Assembly: GCF_006345805.1 (NCBI RefSeq)
Contig: NC_043011.1
Location: 30,702,464-30,766,463, forward strand
Length of the DNA stretch: 64,000 bases
Origin: Octopus sinensis
Lineage: Eukaryota
Reading direction: 5' to 3'
Below the pieces are notes generated by a model, which worked only from the letters and a program-made list of their open reading frames with translations, was not told where the DNA came from and did no database searches. Both the position numbers and the translations under genes were made by a program. Shown piece by piece: positions 1 to 12,245 of the stretch; position 1 is the first letter of the stretch, and each line of letters begins with the position of its first letter.

Positions 1-216
1 TATGTTTGTGTGTCTGTGTTTGTCCCCCCAACATCGCTTGACAAAAGATGCTGGTATATCTATGTCCCCGTTACTTAGCGGTTCTGCAAGAGAGACCGAT
101 AGGATAAGTACTAGGCTTACAAAGAATAAGTCCTGGGGTCGATTTGCTCGACTAAAGGCGGTGCTCCAGCATGACCAGAGTCAAATGACTGAAACAAATA
201 AAAGAATAAGAGAATA
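1..216 (+). mobile_element. tRNA-headed SINE family A, 3' half
   Basis: Matches the 3' half (..gcggtgctccagcatg..gactgaaaca) of the family seen near full length at 7838, 17637 and 31407. Confidence 0.85.
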
Positions 217-236
217 AAAGAAACCCCTCGTGTGTG

Positions 237-284
<48 letters not shown>

Positions 285-285
<1 letters not shown>

Positions 286-1066
286 TAGCAGTATTACCCG
301 GCTCGTGCGCTCGTGCGTTCTATGCACGCGCGAATTAAGCTAAACTTGGATGAAGTTCAATCAAAATTCAATTATTTTGGTTTTAAAATCAAGCATTTAA
401 TGCCCTCTACTTTTGCGCTTATGTGTTCCATTTCCTCAATAGGAAGTACGTAGAAGCGTTTCATAAATTTTTGTTGATCAAATAATTGCATTGTTGAATT
501 ATTCTTTTAGATCAGTATTTCTCAACGGGGATTTCAGGGGAGAGTTTCAGGAAGTCGCTGGCAATGTATCGTGATTATCAAAAATCCGGCCTGCTAAAAT
601 TTCAAACTGCAGAATCAACGCAAAATGATCACATTTAATTCAAAGCGTTAAAAATGTTATGAAAACAATTGGTATGTGTTCACAAAGTCCAAACGATTAA
701 TACGAAAAAACCCTCCAGGCTACATTCCGAAAATTCATTTCTTTGCCGAATTTCTACAATGTTTACGGCGATTCGTTTTTATATCTTGATTTTTTTACTT
801 TTCATGCTTGCACCCGTGGTGAACACAGTTAAGGCCTAAACAAACACATAATCGATTTTTGCACTTGCGAGATAAATTTCGGAACAGAAATAGCGCAGTT
901 CAATTTTTCTTCGCCTAAACTTTAAGTGACCCATTTTTGGTGGTTCTACGATTTGTTGGCTAGGAGGAGATGTGCCGGGAAGTTAAACACACAGACACAC
1001 ACACAGACACACACACAGATACACACACACAGATACACACACAGTTGAGTTTTATATATATATATA
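285..1066 (-). mobile_element. Non-autonomous Helitron-like element
   Basis: On the minus strand it ends in a GC-rich segment plus CTAG (285-288). The other end has the (CA/ACAG)n plus ttttatatata 5'-end pattern shared with the other Helitron-type copies here. Confidence 0.55.
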
Positions 1067-1471
1067 CACGCACGCACACACACACAGATACATACATATA
1101 TACATGCATATGTATATATGCTCATCATATATGTGTGTGAGTGCGTGTGTGTGTGTTCATATATACAGACACTCACGCAAAATATATATGTATATAGAAA
1201 TTCATACACATGCTCACTCACACAAAAACACATACACACACACACACCCATATATATATTATATATATTCATGCGTGTATGAATTGTGTGCAAGTTTTTC
1301 TGAAATTACATATACTCAAAATACATGCAACCTCATGTGGCATGATATGTTAGAACAATTTTTGAATAAAATGAGAAGTAAAATTCCCCAAAACCAATGA
1401 AACTGTTGAGACCAAAAACTGATTAGAATATTCGAAGAATCTAACAAGAATAATATTATATTTGCCATAAA

Positions 1472-2385
1472 GCGGCGAGCTGACAGAATCGTTAGCATGC
1501 CGGGCGAAATGCGTAGCCGTATTTCGTCTGCCGTTACGTTCTGAATTCAAATTCCACCGCGGTCGACTTTGTATTTCATCCTTTCGGGGTCGATTAAACA
1601 AGTACCAGTTACGTACTGGGGTCGATGTAATCGACTTAATCCGTTTGTCTGTCCTTGTTTGTCCCCTCTGTGTTTAGTCCCTTGTGGGTAGTAAAGAAAT
1701 ATGTATTTCGTCTGCGCTACGTTCTGAGTTCAAATTCCGCCGATGTCGACTCTGCCTTTCATCCTTTCGGGGTCGATTAAATATGTACCAGTTACGCACT
1801 GGTGTCGATATAATCGACTTAATCCCTTTGTCTGTCATTGTTCGTCCCCTCTGTGTTTAGCCCCTTGTGGGTAGTAAAGAAATAGGTATTTCGTCTGTCT
1901 TTACGTTCTGAGTTCAAATTCCGTCGAGGTCGACTTTGCCTTTCATCCTTTCGGGGTCGATAGATTAAGTACCAGTTACGCACTGGGGTCGATGTAATCG
2001 GCTTAATCTGTTTGTCTGTCCTTGTTTGTCCCCTCTGTGTTTAGCCCCTTGTGGGTAGTAAAGAAATAAAAATAAGAAACGCTAGCACGCCGTTATCGAT
2101 ATTTCGTCTGTCGCTACGTTCTGAGTTCAAATTCCGCCGAGGCCAACTTTGCCTTTCATCCTTTCGGGGTTTATTAACTAAGTACCAGTTACCCACTGGG
2201 GACGATATAATCGATTTAATCCGTTTGTCTGTCCTTGTTTGCCCTCTCTGTATTTAGCCCCTTGTGGGTAGTAAAAAAATAGGTATTTCGTCCGTCTTTA
2301 CGTTCAGAGTTCAAATTCCGCCGAGGTCGACTTTGCCTTCCATCCATTTGGGAGCGATAAATTAAGTACCAGTTGCGTACTGTGT
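1472..2385 (+). mobile_element. SINE family B, head plus five tandem ~184-bp units
   Basis: A-box-like tgacagaatcg and B-box-like gagttcaaatt; tatttcgt unit starts at 1520, 1704, 1887, 2100 and 2284. Confidence 0.9.
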
Positions 2386-2574
2386 AGGGCGGTGTAAAGG
2401 CAAAATCCTTATACTATCTGATAACATTCATTGCGATATTTGTTCCGGCTCTCTGTGCTACGGGTTCAAACTCTACCAGAACCGGCAATACTTTTTATTC
2501 TTACGAGGTTGATCAGTAAAATACAAGGAGTCGTTCTCCCTCTCTATCCCTCCTTCTCTCTCTCTCTCTCTATC

Positions 2575-2605
<31 letters not shown>

Positions 2606-2639
2606 CCCCCAATCTCGCCAACTCTCAAAATTGGCTGGG

Positions 2640-3002
2640 CTACACGATGAGAAGCGTCAAAAGCGAACACTACCACAGAGAAACTGAAGTAGCAATACTA
2701 AAATCGTTCAAGGACAACTCAATACGCATTAGAAACCAAAATGAATATTACTGAAGAAGAAGAAGAGCGAGAGTACATTAGTCAATACCCAAAATACATT
2801 TCCAATACTATGTTTTTACTGGAATAACAGGATATGAATAAAAATACAGCAAGATCAAAGCAGAGCTGAACTTGAATTATTGGAGAGAGAAAAAAGCGTA
2901 GTTCTCAAATAACGAGAATATTATTCACATACTAAAAATAATTACAATATCTTGTCCAATAAATGTAGGCAAGGACTTCTTAAACATGGTTAGAAGGCAC
3001 AA
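2640..3002 (+). pseudogene. Possible decayed Penelope-like (PLE) RT C-terminal fragment
   Basis: 2950-3000 translates SCPINVGKDFLNMVRRH, resembling the PLE 'TNIGKxFLxLIDKHF' motif. The rest is unrecognisable. Confidence 0.3.
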
Positions 3003-3305
3003 GATGGTCTCTCCTTTCTCTCTGTTCAGTTTTGGTAATAAACAAGCGACTAGTTAGAAAGATTTAAGTCTGGAAAATCAATCAGAAAGAGAAAGTATTC
3101 CGCTCCCGGATCACCGTCGGTTTCAGTTAACTGAATTTCCTCTTTGCATCGGCGATGAACAGATATTAAGATAAATTCTCAGGCAGAATCACAGTGTGTG
3201 ACAAGAAAGTACCTTCCAATTATAGGTTCCATCTGTCTGAGGAGCTTCTATGCCGTTTCCGTCATAAATGTGTGTGTGTGTGTGTGTGTGCGTGTGTGTG
3301 TGTGT

Positions 3306-3375
<70 letters not shown>

Positions 3376-3386
3376 GCGCGCGCGCG

Positions 3387-3419
<33 letters not shown>

Positions 3420-3478
3420 GTTTACGTTTGTATATTCGTTTTGCAAGATTCTTGAAGTGAAATCGTGTGTTGAAAAAG

Positions 3479-3862
3479 ATATTGTATTTAGGGATGGTCA
3501 TGTTGCTAGTTTAGCCAATAAAAACACACGCACTATATATTTGGTGTTAATTTGCTTCAACTTTATTTTATTTTTTACATTAATCGTATTTCGGCCAGAG
3601 TTCTTTCGTCACACTTCTGTGGTCCTTTGTATGTCATACAATAGGAATACAAAATACAAAATGGTTGATCGTTAGTAAGGAAAGACTCACAAATAAGAAA
3701 GAAGAAAGCGAAGGACCAGTTCTTTCGTCACACAAGTGTGGCGAAAGAACTCTGGCCGTAATACGATTAATGTAAAAAATAAAATAAGGCTGAAGCAAAT
3801 TAACACCAAATATATAGTGTGTGTTTTTATTGGCTAAACTGACAACATGACCATCCCTAAAT

Positions 3863-3869
<7 letters not shown>
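3479..3869. repeat. Long inverted repeat (arms 3479-3616 and 3734-3869)
   Basis: The arms are near-exact reverse complements; the right arm runs into (TA)n. Confidence 0.9.
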
Positions 3870-3945
<76 letters not shown>

Positions 3946-3989
3946 CATAATGCATCTAGTTCAGTAGATTGACTTCTGGTCAGTGATCT

Positions 3990-4219
3990 CATCACAGGCT
4001 GAGAGCTGCTACTGGTACCATGTTCCATGGTTGAGCAGTCGGCAACTAAACTGGTTCCTCCACTTGGATAGCTTGCTTATTCTTATGAAGAGGGTGTCTG
4101 GTCCACCCAACAAGATTAAAACAAGATCTGTCGAAGGTCGGATGAGCTCCTTGTGTGCCAATGGCCATCCAGTTAGGGAAAGCAATGGCAAACCACCCTA
4201 ATATTTCTGCCAAGAAAAC
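3990..4219 (+). mobile_element. RTE/BovB 5'-region-related repeat fragment
   Basis: gggaaagcaatggcaaaccacc..tatttctgccaagaaaac resembles the Bov-A/Sauria-type RTE-derived segment. gtcggcaactaaactgg matches the minus-strand element at 12246-12800. Confidence 0.55.
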
Positions 4220-5559
4220 ATTATAAGTTAGTCAGAATGAGGTAATGCTGTCGTTTAATCTGATGAGAGAACTCGTGTTTAATCAAGAAGACTTTTATTG
4301 TAGTGTCATCAACGCGCTGCAAAAGTGCCCGATACGTGACGTCAACGAGTCTTGTAGATACGAACAAACGTGTTAGGCGATTGTATATCGGGATCATATC
4401 TAACAATTGTAGCATGAAACTGAATGGAGAACAAACATCAGATGGAAGTGCAGAAAGATAAAAATCTGAATAATTAATATTCATCTTGTAATGTGCCACG
4501 CGAATGACAATAACTAGTGACAGAAAGTGATGTAGTTACTACGATTATGTTAAATCTAATAGATATATAAGTGGAGACAGAGATTGTAGTAAACAAGTAT
4601 GAATAGAATTTCAATCGGTACGTGTTGCAATTGTGTGAAGTCAGAAGCGTTACGATTGAGGAAAGAAGAGACGGGTGTAGACTTTTGACTCGTAGTTTCA
4701 GTTCGAAGATTATCGTGGCAGACAGGTTATGAAGCTTTGTTTATATCAAATGCATCAAGTATATTTCCACCAACGTTCTAAAGGACAGTGATCGTTGGTG
4801 AGTGATATGTGACTCAACAAGTTATGTTTGTCTGCGTGAACCTAACAGTAAGGAATTCCTAGTAGAGAAAACTGAGGTAGAGGGGAGGGAGGGAGGGAGA
4901 GACGAGAGAGAGAGAGAGGGGGGAAATGAAATTTGTTGAGAATTTCATTTATTGCGTTTGAGATGACGAAAGTGAGAGAGTGATAGGTTGTGGTTTACTG
5001 GGTCAGAGAGGTTAGATTCTAGATGACATACACTACAGAATTTTTCCATAATTGGCATTGGCTATTATTCAATTATGGCTGGACTTCAAACAACGTAAGT
5101 TATGAATTTCACAGTTTGATTTCACGAGAAATCATACAGCTGATTTTACGTTCCATTCTACCTCTCCTCATCTTCATGCTCTTCTTTTCACTATTGAAAT
5201 AATTAAGTCAATACTTAAACTTGACTTCTCGGATGATGTGTCCGCATGAGATCTCTGCACAAACACAGGCATACGCATACACACGCTTACATAAATACAT
5301 CACTCCCACACGGGATTATACGAGATTATACACGTTATACATAATTTGCTGAATTCAATTCATTCATTCGTAATAATGAAGAAGATTTTACAAATACCTT
5401 TTTACCTTTTACAAATACCTGTTACAAAGGCCCATCTTCAGAAGAAAGCAGTCTGAGAAATGTCCAGTTACACAACGGAATCGGTGTAACTGTGTCTTAT
5501 ATATAACGGTCTTTGTAAAACTTTCTGCATTGTTAGAAACTTTCTTATTTTCCCTTTTC

Positions 5560-6853
5560 TTTTCCGTACATCCATCCATCCATCCATACATCCATACATA
5601 CATACATAATACACATATGTATGCATGCATACAGACATGCATTGCACTATACATACAACATTACCTACATTGCATCATACATACATTACATACTACATCC
5701 GCATACATACATACTACATGTATGTATACATACATACATACATACATAACATACATACATACATACTACATACATGATAATACATACATGCATGCATACA
5801 TACATACATACATACATACATACATACATACATACATACATACATACATACATGCAACTCCATACATGCATACATTCATGCATTGAGGGTGCTGAAAAAG
5901 TTCTTGGCTTTGGGTTACATACATACATGCATGCATACATACATACATACATACATTACATACATGCATGCATACATACATACATACATGCATGCATATA
6001 TGCGTGCAATGCATGCATACATGCGTGCATGCATACATGCGTGCATACATACATACATACATACATACATACATACATACACATACATACATACATACAT
6101 ACATACATACATACATACATACATACGTTCGTACGTACGTACGTACGTACATACATACATACATACATACATACATGCGTGCATACATACATACATACAT
6201 GCATGCATACATGCGTGCATGCATGCATACATGCGTGCATGCATACATGCGTGCATACATACCTACATACATACATCATACATACATACATACATACATA
6301 CATACATACACATACATACATACATACATACGTACATACATACATACATACATACATACATACATACATAATACATACATACATACATACATACATACAT
6401 GTTGCATGCAACATACATACATACATACATACATACATACTACTACATACATACATACATACATACATACATACATACATACATACATACATACATACAT
6501 ACATACATACATACATGCAACATACATACATGCATACATTCATGCATATGAAAGGGTGCTGAAAAAGTTCTTGGCTTTGGGTTACATACATACATGCATG
6601 CATACATACATACATACATACATACATACATACATACATACATACATGCATGCATACATACATACATACATGCATGCATACATGCGTGCATGCATGCATA
6701 CATGCGTGCATGCATACATGCGTGCATACATACATACATACATACATACATACATACATACATACATACATACATGCGTGCGTGCTACATACATACATAC
6801 ATACATACATACATACATACATACATACATACATACATACATACATACATACA
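5560..6853. repeat. Degenerate (CATA)n microsatellite array, ~1.3 kb
   Basis: Direct reading; source of the many YIHT/MYVC pseudo-ORFs. Confidence 0.95.
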
Positions 6854-6855
6854 TG

Positions 6856-7319
6856 TTTGTTCCTTCTCGAGCCACACCTGGCTCATAAGGGCCGGGTTCC
6901 CGGTTACCTTGACGTATAGATTCCCCACCTGAACTTGACGCCGGTTCATCGCAGGTGAGCTGCAAGATGCAGGAGGTAAGAGTGAGAGAAAGTTATGGCG
7001 AAAGAGTCAGCATTACCGGATCTTTTCGGTTTGAACGGCAGTCTTTTAAAATAATTTCCACGTAACTACACACTTTTAAACTTCGTATACTGGTAGAATG
7101 TGTTTATAAAACATCTTTTTCTCTTGGCTTTATTGAGAAAAGTCTATAGTTTGTAAGATATTTGTTGTTTTTTTTTCTTCAATTTCTGCAATTTCAGCCA
7201 ACCAATGACGTCTATTGTGTTGAAAACATTCTGTGCCGTATGAAAATGTCCCTCGTTTAAAAAACAGATTGGGTTTATTTACAGTCCGCTGCTCTAACCA
7301 CTAGGCCATGTGCCTCCAC
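6856..7319 (-). mobile_element. SINE family C, with its middle replaced by a MITE-like fragment (7011-7283)
   Basis: 6856-7010 and 7283-7319 match the copy at 39600-39872. The intervening segment is the reverse complement of part of 40972-41303. Confidence 0.75.
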
Positions 7320-7558
7320 ACATACATACTTACATACATACATACATACATACATACAAATGCACACCATTTTAAACGAATTGCATTATAAATGCCAGCA
7401 TCATGCTAAATATCGGAGTATAGGAAAACATATCTGCCGAACTAATGAGATTTCTGTAGTTACTCTATCAGGACTATAAATTTTAGACGGTTTGTCACTG
7501 GAAAAAGCATATAGCATTTTGCGTTTGGAATCAGTTCTCATCCTTAGCTGGTGATTGT

Positions 7559-7603
7559 TACACGCTGATGACGGGTTACTATTCAGAAACCCAGATCTGT
7601 GTG
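7559..7603 (+). ncRNA. Decayed type I hammerhead-like motif
   Basis: tacacg-CTGATGA-cgggttactattca-GAAA-cccaga-TC-tgtgtg. Both core strands and stem I are present; stems II and III are mismatched. Confidence 0.3.
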
Positions 7604-7837
7604 TATAATGTAAAACTAGAGATGGGAACGATGATTTCCCTTCGCAAATACTGATCGTACACGGACAGTGTGTCGTTAGCCAGCTAGAGGAAATGTCTTC
7701 CTGGGGCTATAAACAACAGTGGCATTGTCCATTATGAGTCAGCCACATTTAGGTGGCAAATATACTTCACGATGTCGTGCTGCTGCTGTTAACATCTCGC
7801 TCAGAGATTATTTTTAATCTTTTCTCTCTTTTCTTTT

Positions 7838-8033
7838 CTCTTTTACTTGTTTCAGTCATTTAACTGCAGCCATGCTGGAGCAATGCCTTTGGTCGAGCAA
7901 ATCGACCCTAGGAATTATTCTATCGCTCTCTTTTGCCGAACCGCTAAGTTACGGGGATTAAACACATCAGCATCGGTTGTCAAGCGTTGTTGGGGGGACA
8001 AACATAGACACACAAACATGTACACACACATGC

Positions 8034-8066
<33 letters not shown>

Positions 8067-8231
8067 TACGACGGGCTTCTTTCAGTTTCCGTCTACCAAA
8101 TCCACCCACAAGGCTTTGGTCGGCCCGAGGCTATAGTAGAAGACACTTGCCCAAGGTGTCACGCAGTGGGAATGAACACGGAACAATGTGGCTGGTAAGC
8201 AAGCTACTTACCACACAGCCACTCCTGCGCC
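7838..8231 (-). mobile_element. SINE family A, near full length
   Basis: tRNA-like head at 8160-8231, CORE-like accttgggcaagtgtctt, internal (TA)/(CA) tract and family tail. Confidence 0.9.
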
Positions 8232-8659
8232 TGATTGTAAACATACATATTTTCTGTATGTCAAAGCAAAGATATTTGATCAAATTTCAAAATTTCCCAA
8301 TGACAGTATGTCAAGGAGAGGAGAGTTAGTTCAGTGGCTCTTGACAGATATAGTAAACAGATAGTCGTAAAGAGCAGAAGTTATTGAGGCGACCGGTCAA
8401 AGAGGCATAGAGAAGAAACAGCAGGACAAAAGAAAGTCTTGTCTTCTTTCTAACAGCGAGGTAGAGTCGATCATCTGAGAGCTGTATTTCGATTGTCGGC
8501 ATACATAATGCACCATACTAGTAAAGGAGTACAAGTGATCGGTCTGTCTGTTCAGATCTGGCCGCTTAATTTAGCCAATCTGCATTGCCAATTAAGAATA
8601 ACAACAAACAACAACAAAAGTAAATTCTTTCTGCATTCTGTTTATTTAACCACGCAGTT

Positions 8660-8664
8660 CTCTC

Positions 8665-8729
<65 letters not shown>

Positions 8730-8869
8730 CACTCTATGCAGTTTTTATCAAGCCGTATGTCTTTCTATCAATCAGTCAGTCCTTTGTCTGTCCCACTGTG
8801 GTTTTCCATCCATTGATATATCCCACGCTAGATTTATATATTTCCCTCTTGCAACGCTCTCTCTTTCTG

Positions 8870-8951
<82 letters not shown>

Positions 8952-9500
8952 AATCTTTCATTGTGTCTATCTCTGCATATTATTTCTCTCTCCCTCTCTC
9001 TCGTTGTCTTTATATCTCACCATATCCTTCATTTATCAAAATTTCTCACCTTCTCTCCTCTCTTTTGCTTTTTGCCTTTGTTTTCCCTTATTCTCTCTCT
9101 CTCTCCCTCCCTCTCTTTGTCTTTTCCTTTTGTTCTATCTTCGTCTCTGTCTTTCTCTCTCTTTCTCAAGCTCTCATAGAGTCTCTCTATATCCTTTCTC
9201 TCTCGTTCTCTTTCTCTCTGTCTCTCCTTCTCTCTGTCTCTCCTTCTCTCTGTCTCTCCTTCTCTCTCTCTTTCTCTCAGTGTCCATGTATCTTTCCACA
9301 TTCCTATTCATATATCCATATCTCATTCAGTGCCTCTCTCTCCCCCTCTCTCTCTTTCTTATCGTTTCTTTATATTTCCCCACATTCATCTCTCATTGTT
9401 CATCCCTCTCTTTCTGAAACTTACCCCTCTCATCCTCTCTCTCTCTCCCTCTTCCTCTCACTTCACCTCCTTCTCTCTCATCTTCCTTCTAAAGTATCTG
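8660..9500. repeat. Degenerate (CT)n polypyrimidine tract
   Basis: Direct reading. Confidence 0.9.
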
Positions 9501-9629
9501 CTGACATTTATGGTAAATAACATCATTCAAACTGATGTTATAGAAATACCATCAACAAAAATAATTGTCGCTACAAAATAACATATTTTAGAATTTCCTA
9601 CACGAGGACTAAGTGAGGACTAGTACTAG

Positions 9630-10000
9630 AAATGGCGGGAGATGGCTGTGGTAGGCCGTGAGGGGGTGAAGGTTTTGGCGGTGATGATGGTGGTAGTATC
9701 GGTTTTTGAAAGCGATGATAATGGCTATATTGGCGGTGGTAATGGAGGTGATTCTTATGTGGTGATGATAATGGCGGTGATGGTAGTGTTGGTTGCAGTG
9801 ACGACGGTGGTGTATAATGGCAGAATTGATGGTTGTTTATGGTGGTATGGTTTTACGGTAGGATTGGGGCAGCGGCTGGGCTGGGTTTTTGTAATTGGGG
9901 TAGCAGTGGCAGTGAATGCGGTTCTGGTGGTCTTCATTTCGTAATAGTAGAGCTGGAAGTGGTGATAATAGCGACTTAATGATAGAGATTCTGGTGGTAC
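9630..10000. repeat. Degenerate (GGT/GAT)n low-complexity tract
   Basis: Direct reading. Confidence 0.75.
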
Positions 10001-10020
10001 TCATAGCATAATAATCTTTT

Positions 10021-10228
10021 CTAATATAGGCACAAGGCTTGACATTTTGGGGGAGGGGTATAGTCGATTACAACGACCCCAATGTTTCACTGGTACTTGA
10101 TTTATCGAATTCGAAATGATGAAAGGCTAAGTCGACCTCGGCGGGATTTGAACTCAGAATGTAAAGACGGACGAAATGCTGCTAAGCATTTTGCCCAAAG
10201 TGCTAACGATTCTGCCAGCTCGCCGCCT
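10021..10228 (-). mobile_element. SINE family B
   Basis: Reverse complement of the head ggcggcgagctggcagaatcgttagc and the family body. Confidence 0.85.
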
Positions 10229-10431
10229 TATGATAGCATAGTAATGCTGTTATTTGTGTTGGTGGTTACATTGAGCTAGCATTCTGGCAATCTTAAAGCT
10301 GGCAAGATTTTTCTTTCACCATAGGCCTCCATCCATTTCTATCTGTTACTTTCTCTTTCCAGATATGAATATCTGGTTTCAATTCCACTAAGCTGCAGTG
10401 AATGTTTCATTCGCGTATCTATATTTTTTCA

Positions 10432-10805
10432 TCTTTTACATGCTTCAGTCATTTGACTGCGGCCATGCTGGGGCACTGCCTTCAAGGATTTTACCTGTAC
10501 AAATCCACCCCGGGGCTTATTTTCTAAGCCTGGTACTTATTCTAACAGTCTCTTTGGCCGAACCGCTAATTTACTGGGACGTAAACATACCAACACCGGT
10601 TGTCAAGCGGTGGTAGGGAAGAAACACACACACAAAGACATACACACATAGATATTCACTTACATATATACATACGACTGGCTTCTTTCGGTTTCCGTCT
10701 ACCAAATCCACTCACATGGCTTTGCTCGGCCCGAGGCTTAAGGTGCCATGCAGCGCGACTAAACCCGTAACGACGTGACTGGGAAACAAGCTTCTTACCA
10801 CACAC
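10432..10805 (-). mobile_element. SINE family A
   Basis: Similarity to 7838-8231. Confidence 0.8.
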
Positions 10806-11169
10806 CGACGACTGAGGTCGTTTCCTAAATTGTAACTCCCTATATGAAAACTGCTTAAGCGATCTTCCATCTCACATACAAGGTCCACTCTCAATCGCAT
10901 TCTATTGCGTACTAAGTACAATTCAATAAACACACAGTAAGCTCTCGAAAATATTTCCGTATCTGATTTCTAAATAGAACACTTTCCAAGTATGTAAATG
11001 CACCCACCACTTCTAATCTTGCATTTTTCACATAAATATTAAGATCCACTTAATGTTCGCCAGTTGCCGGCATAACTATAACTTTGTTTTGTTTTTTTGT
11101 TTGTTTGTTTTCTTTTTCAGCTTACAGTTAAATCCAAGATATCGCGTGCAGCAGAAAATCTCTCCATTA

Positions 11170-11900
11170 TGACCTACATATTCTCTCTTGTATGTGCTAC
11201 AAAGTCAGCATCCTCTGCATACAAAAGTTCTCTAATTAAAGCCAAAAATAAAAAGTCTTTGATTTACTATTGAAATTTCCTCAATAATATTTCCGAAGTT
11301 CGAAATCTTATGTTAACACATTTAATTGTAGTTTTGAAAAGCACCAGATAACGGTGCCGTGAAATATATTGAAAAAAATGTTGGTGATAAATATCACTCT
11401 GTTTTACTCCATTGTTCGAGGCACTCTCTTCTAAAAGTTTTCCATTAAATACAACATTGGCGTTTATATTGCGGTCAAAAGCTTCTCTTTTGACCGTATC
11501 AAAGGCTTTAGTAAGGTAAACAAATATCCAATATAATGGTGATTGGTGTACAACGTATTTCTGAAGTCGCAAAGCCGAGATAATCATGTCCATTGTTCCT
11601 CTGCCCACTCGGAAGTCAAATTGCGTTTCAAATGTCACTCATCGAACAGTGTTTTAACATTACTCTCGAGAAGACTTTACCTATAGATTCTACCATGAAA
11701 AGTATCGCATACACACTTAGGTACTTTTATCTTTGTGGATAAACACAGTTCACCATCAATCTTGTTCTGTGAAATCAGAGTTCCTTCCTATGTGTTGCAG
11801 AGGTCACAGTGTTGCCTCCTGCTCTTAAGAGTTCTATGAAATTCCATTTAGGTCAAGGGTCTTACTAAAATTTAAAAGGCTTATTGCTAGCAGAATCTTC
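11170..11900 (-). pseudogene. RTE-clade LINE reverse transcriptase relic
   Basis: Translates FRVGRGTMDMI, LYWIFVYLTKAFDTVKRE, NGVKQ and IRELLYAEDADF (YAED at 11210-11221); frameshifted. Confidence 0.8.
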
Positions 11901-12245
11901 CTTAAATTCAGGTGTGTTATCCATGAACATGTCTCTTTTGATAATACATTAAATATTTCCATGTTAACCACGGAAGGCTTGAAGAAAAGATCTAAAGCAC
12001 GTTCTTCAATACATACCAACCTGTCTGTATAACTGAATTTGGGCTCTAGAAGAGAGAATACAAATCCTTAATTCATACGCTATAAATGACTGCGACATCG
12101 GGGACTACAAAAATATGCAAAACCCTGTTAAGATTTAAAGGATGATGAACAAAACAAAACGATCTCCTTCACAACATTGCTAGTAAGTAGGCGGCCTATC
12201 AAAATTTGTTCGAGATTAAAAAGAGAAAGAGAACATACATACATA

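Noticed and set aside
160-216. SINE A tail agtc-aaat-gact-GAAA-caa.. looks like the 3' half of a hammerhead
   Set aside because: No CUGANGA precedes the hairpin in any copy.
3228-3265. CTGAGGA-gc-ttctat-gc motif
   Set aside because: No GAAA follows, so the core is incomplete.
4260-4290. CTGATGA-gag-aa-ctc hairpin
   Set aside because: Followed by GTGT, not GAAA; no stem I or III.
4221-4499. 92-aa minus-strand ORF in non-repetitive sequence
   Set aside because: No recognisable motif or splice context; this length is expected by chance.
5400-5445. Minus-strand CTGAAGA-tgggcc.. start
   Set aside because: Truncated before any GAAA.
946-6932. Long ORFs of YIHT/MYVC/CVCV type (up to 306 aa), and similar ones across the window
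   Set aside because: These are translations of (CATA)n, (CA)n, (TA)n and (CT)n microsatellites, which lack stops in some frames.
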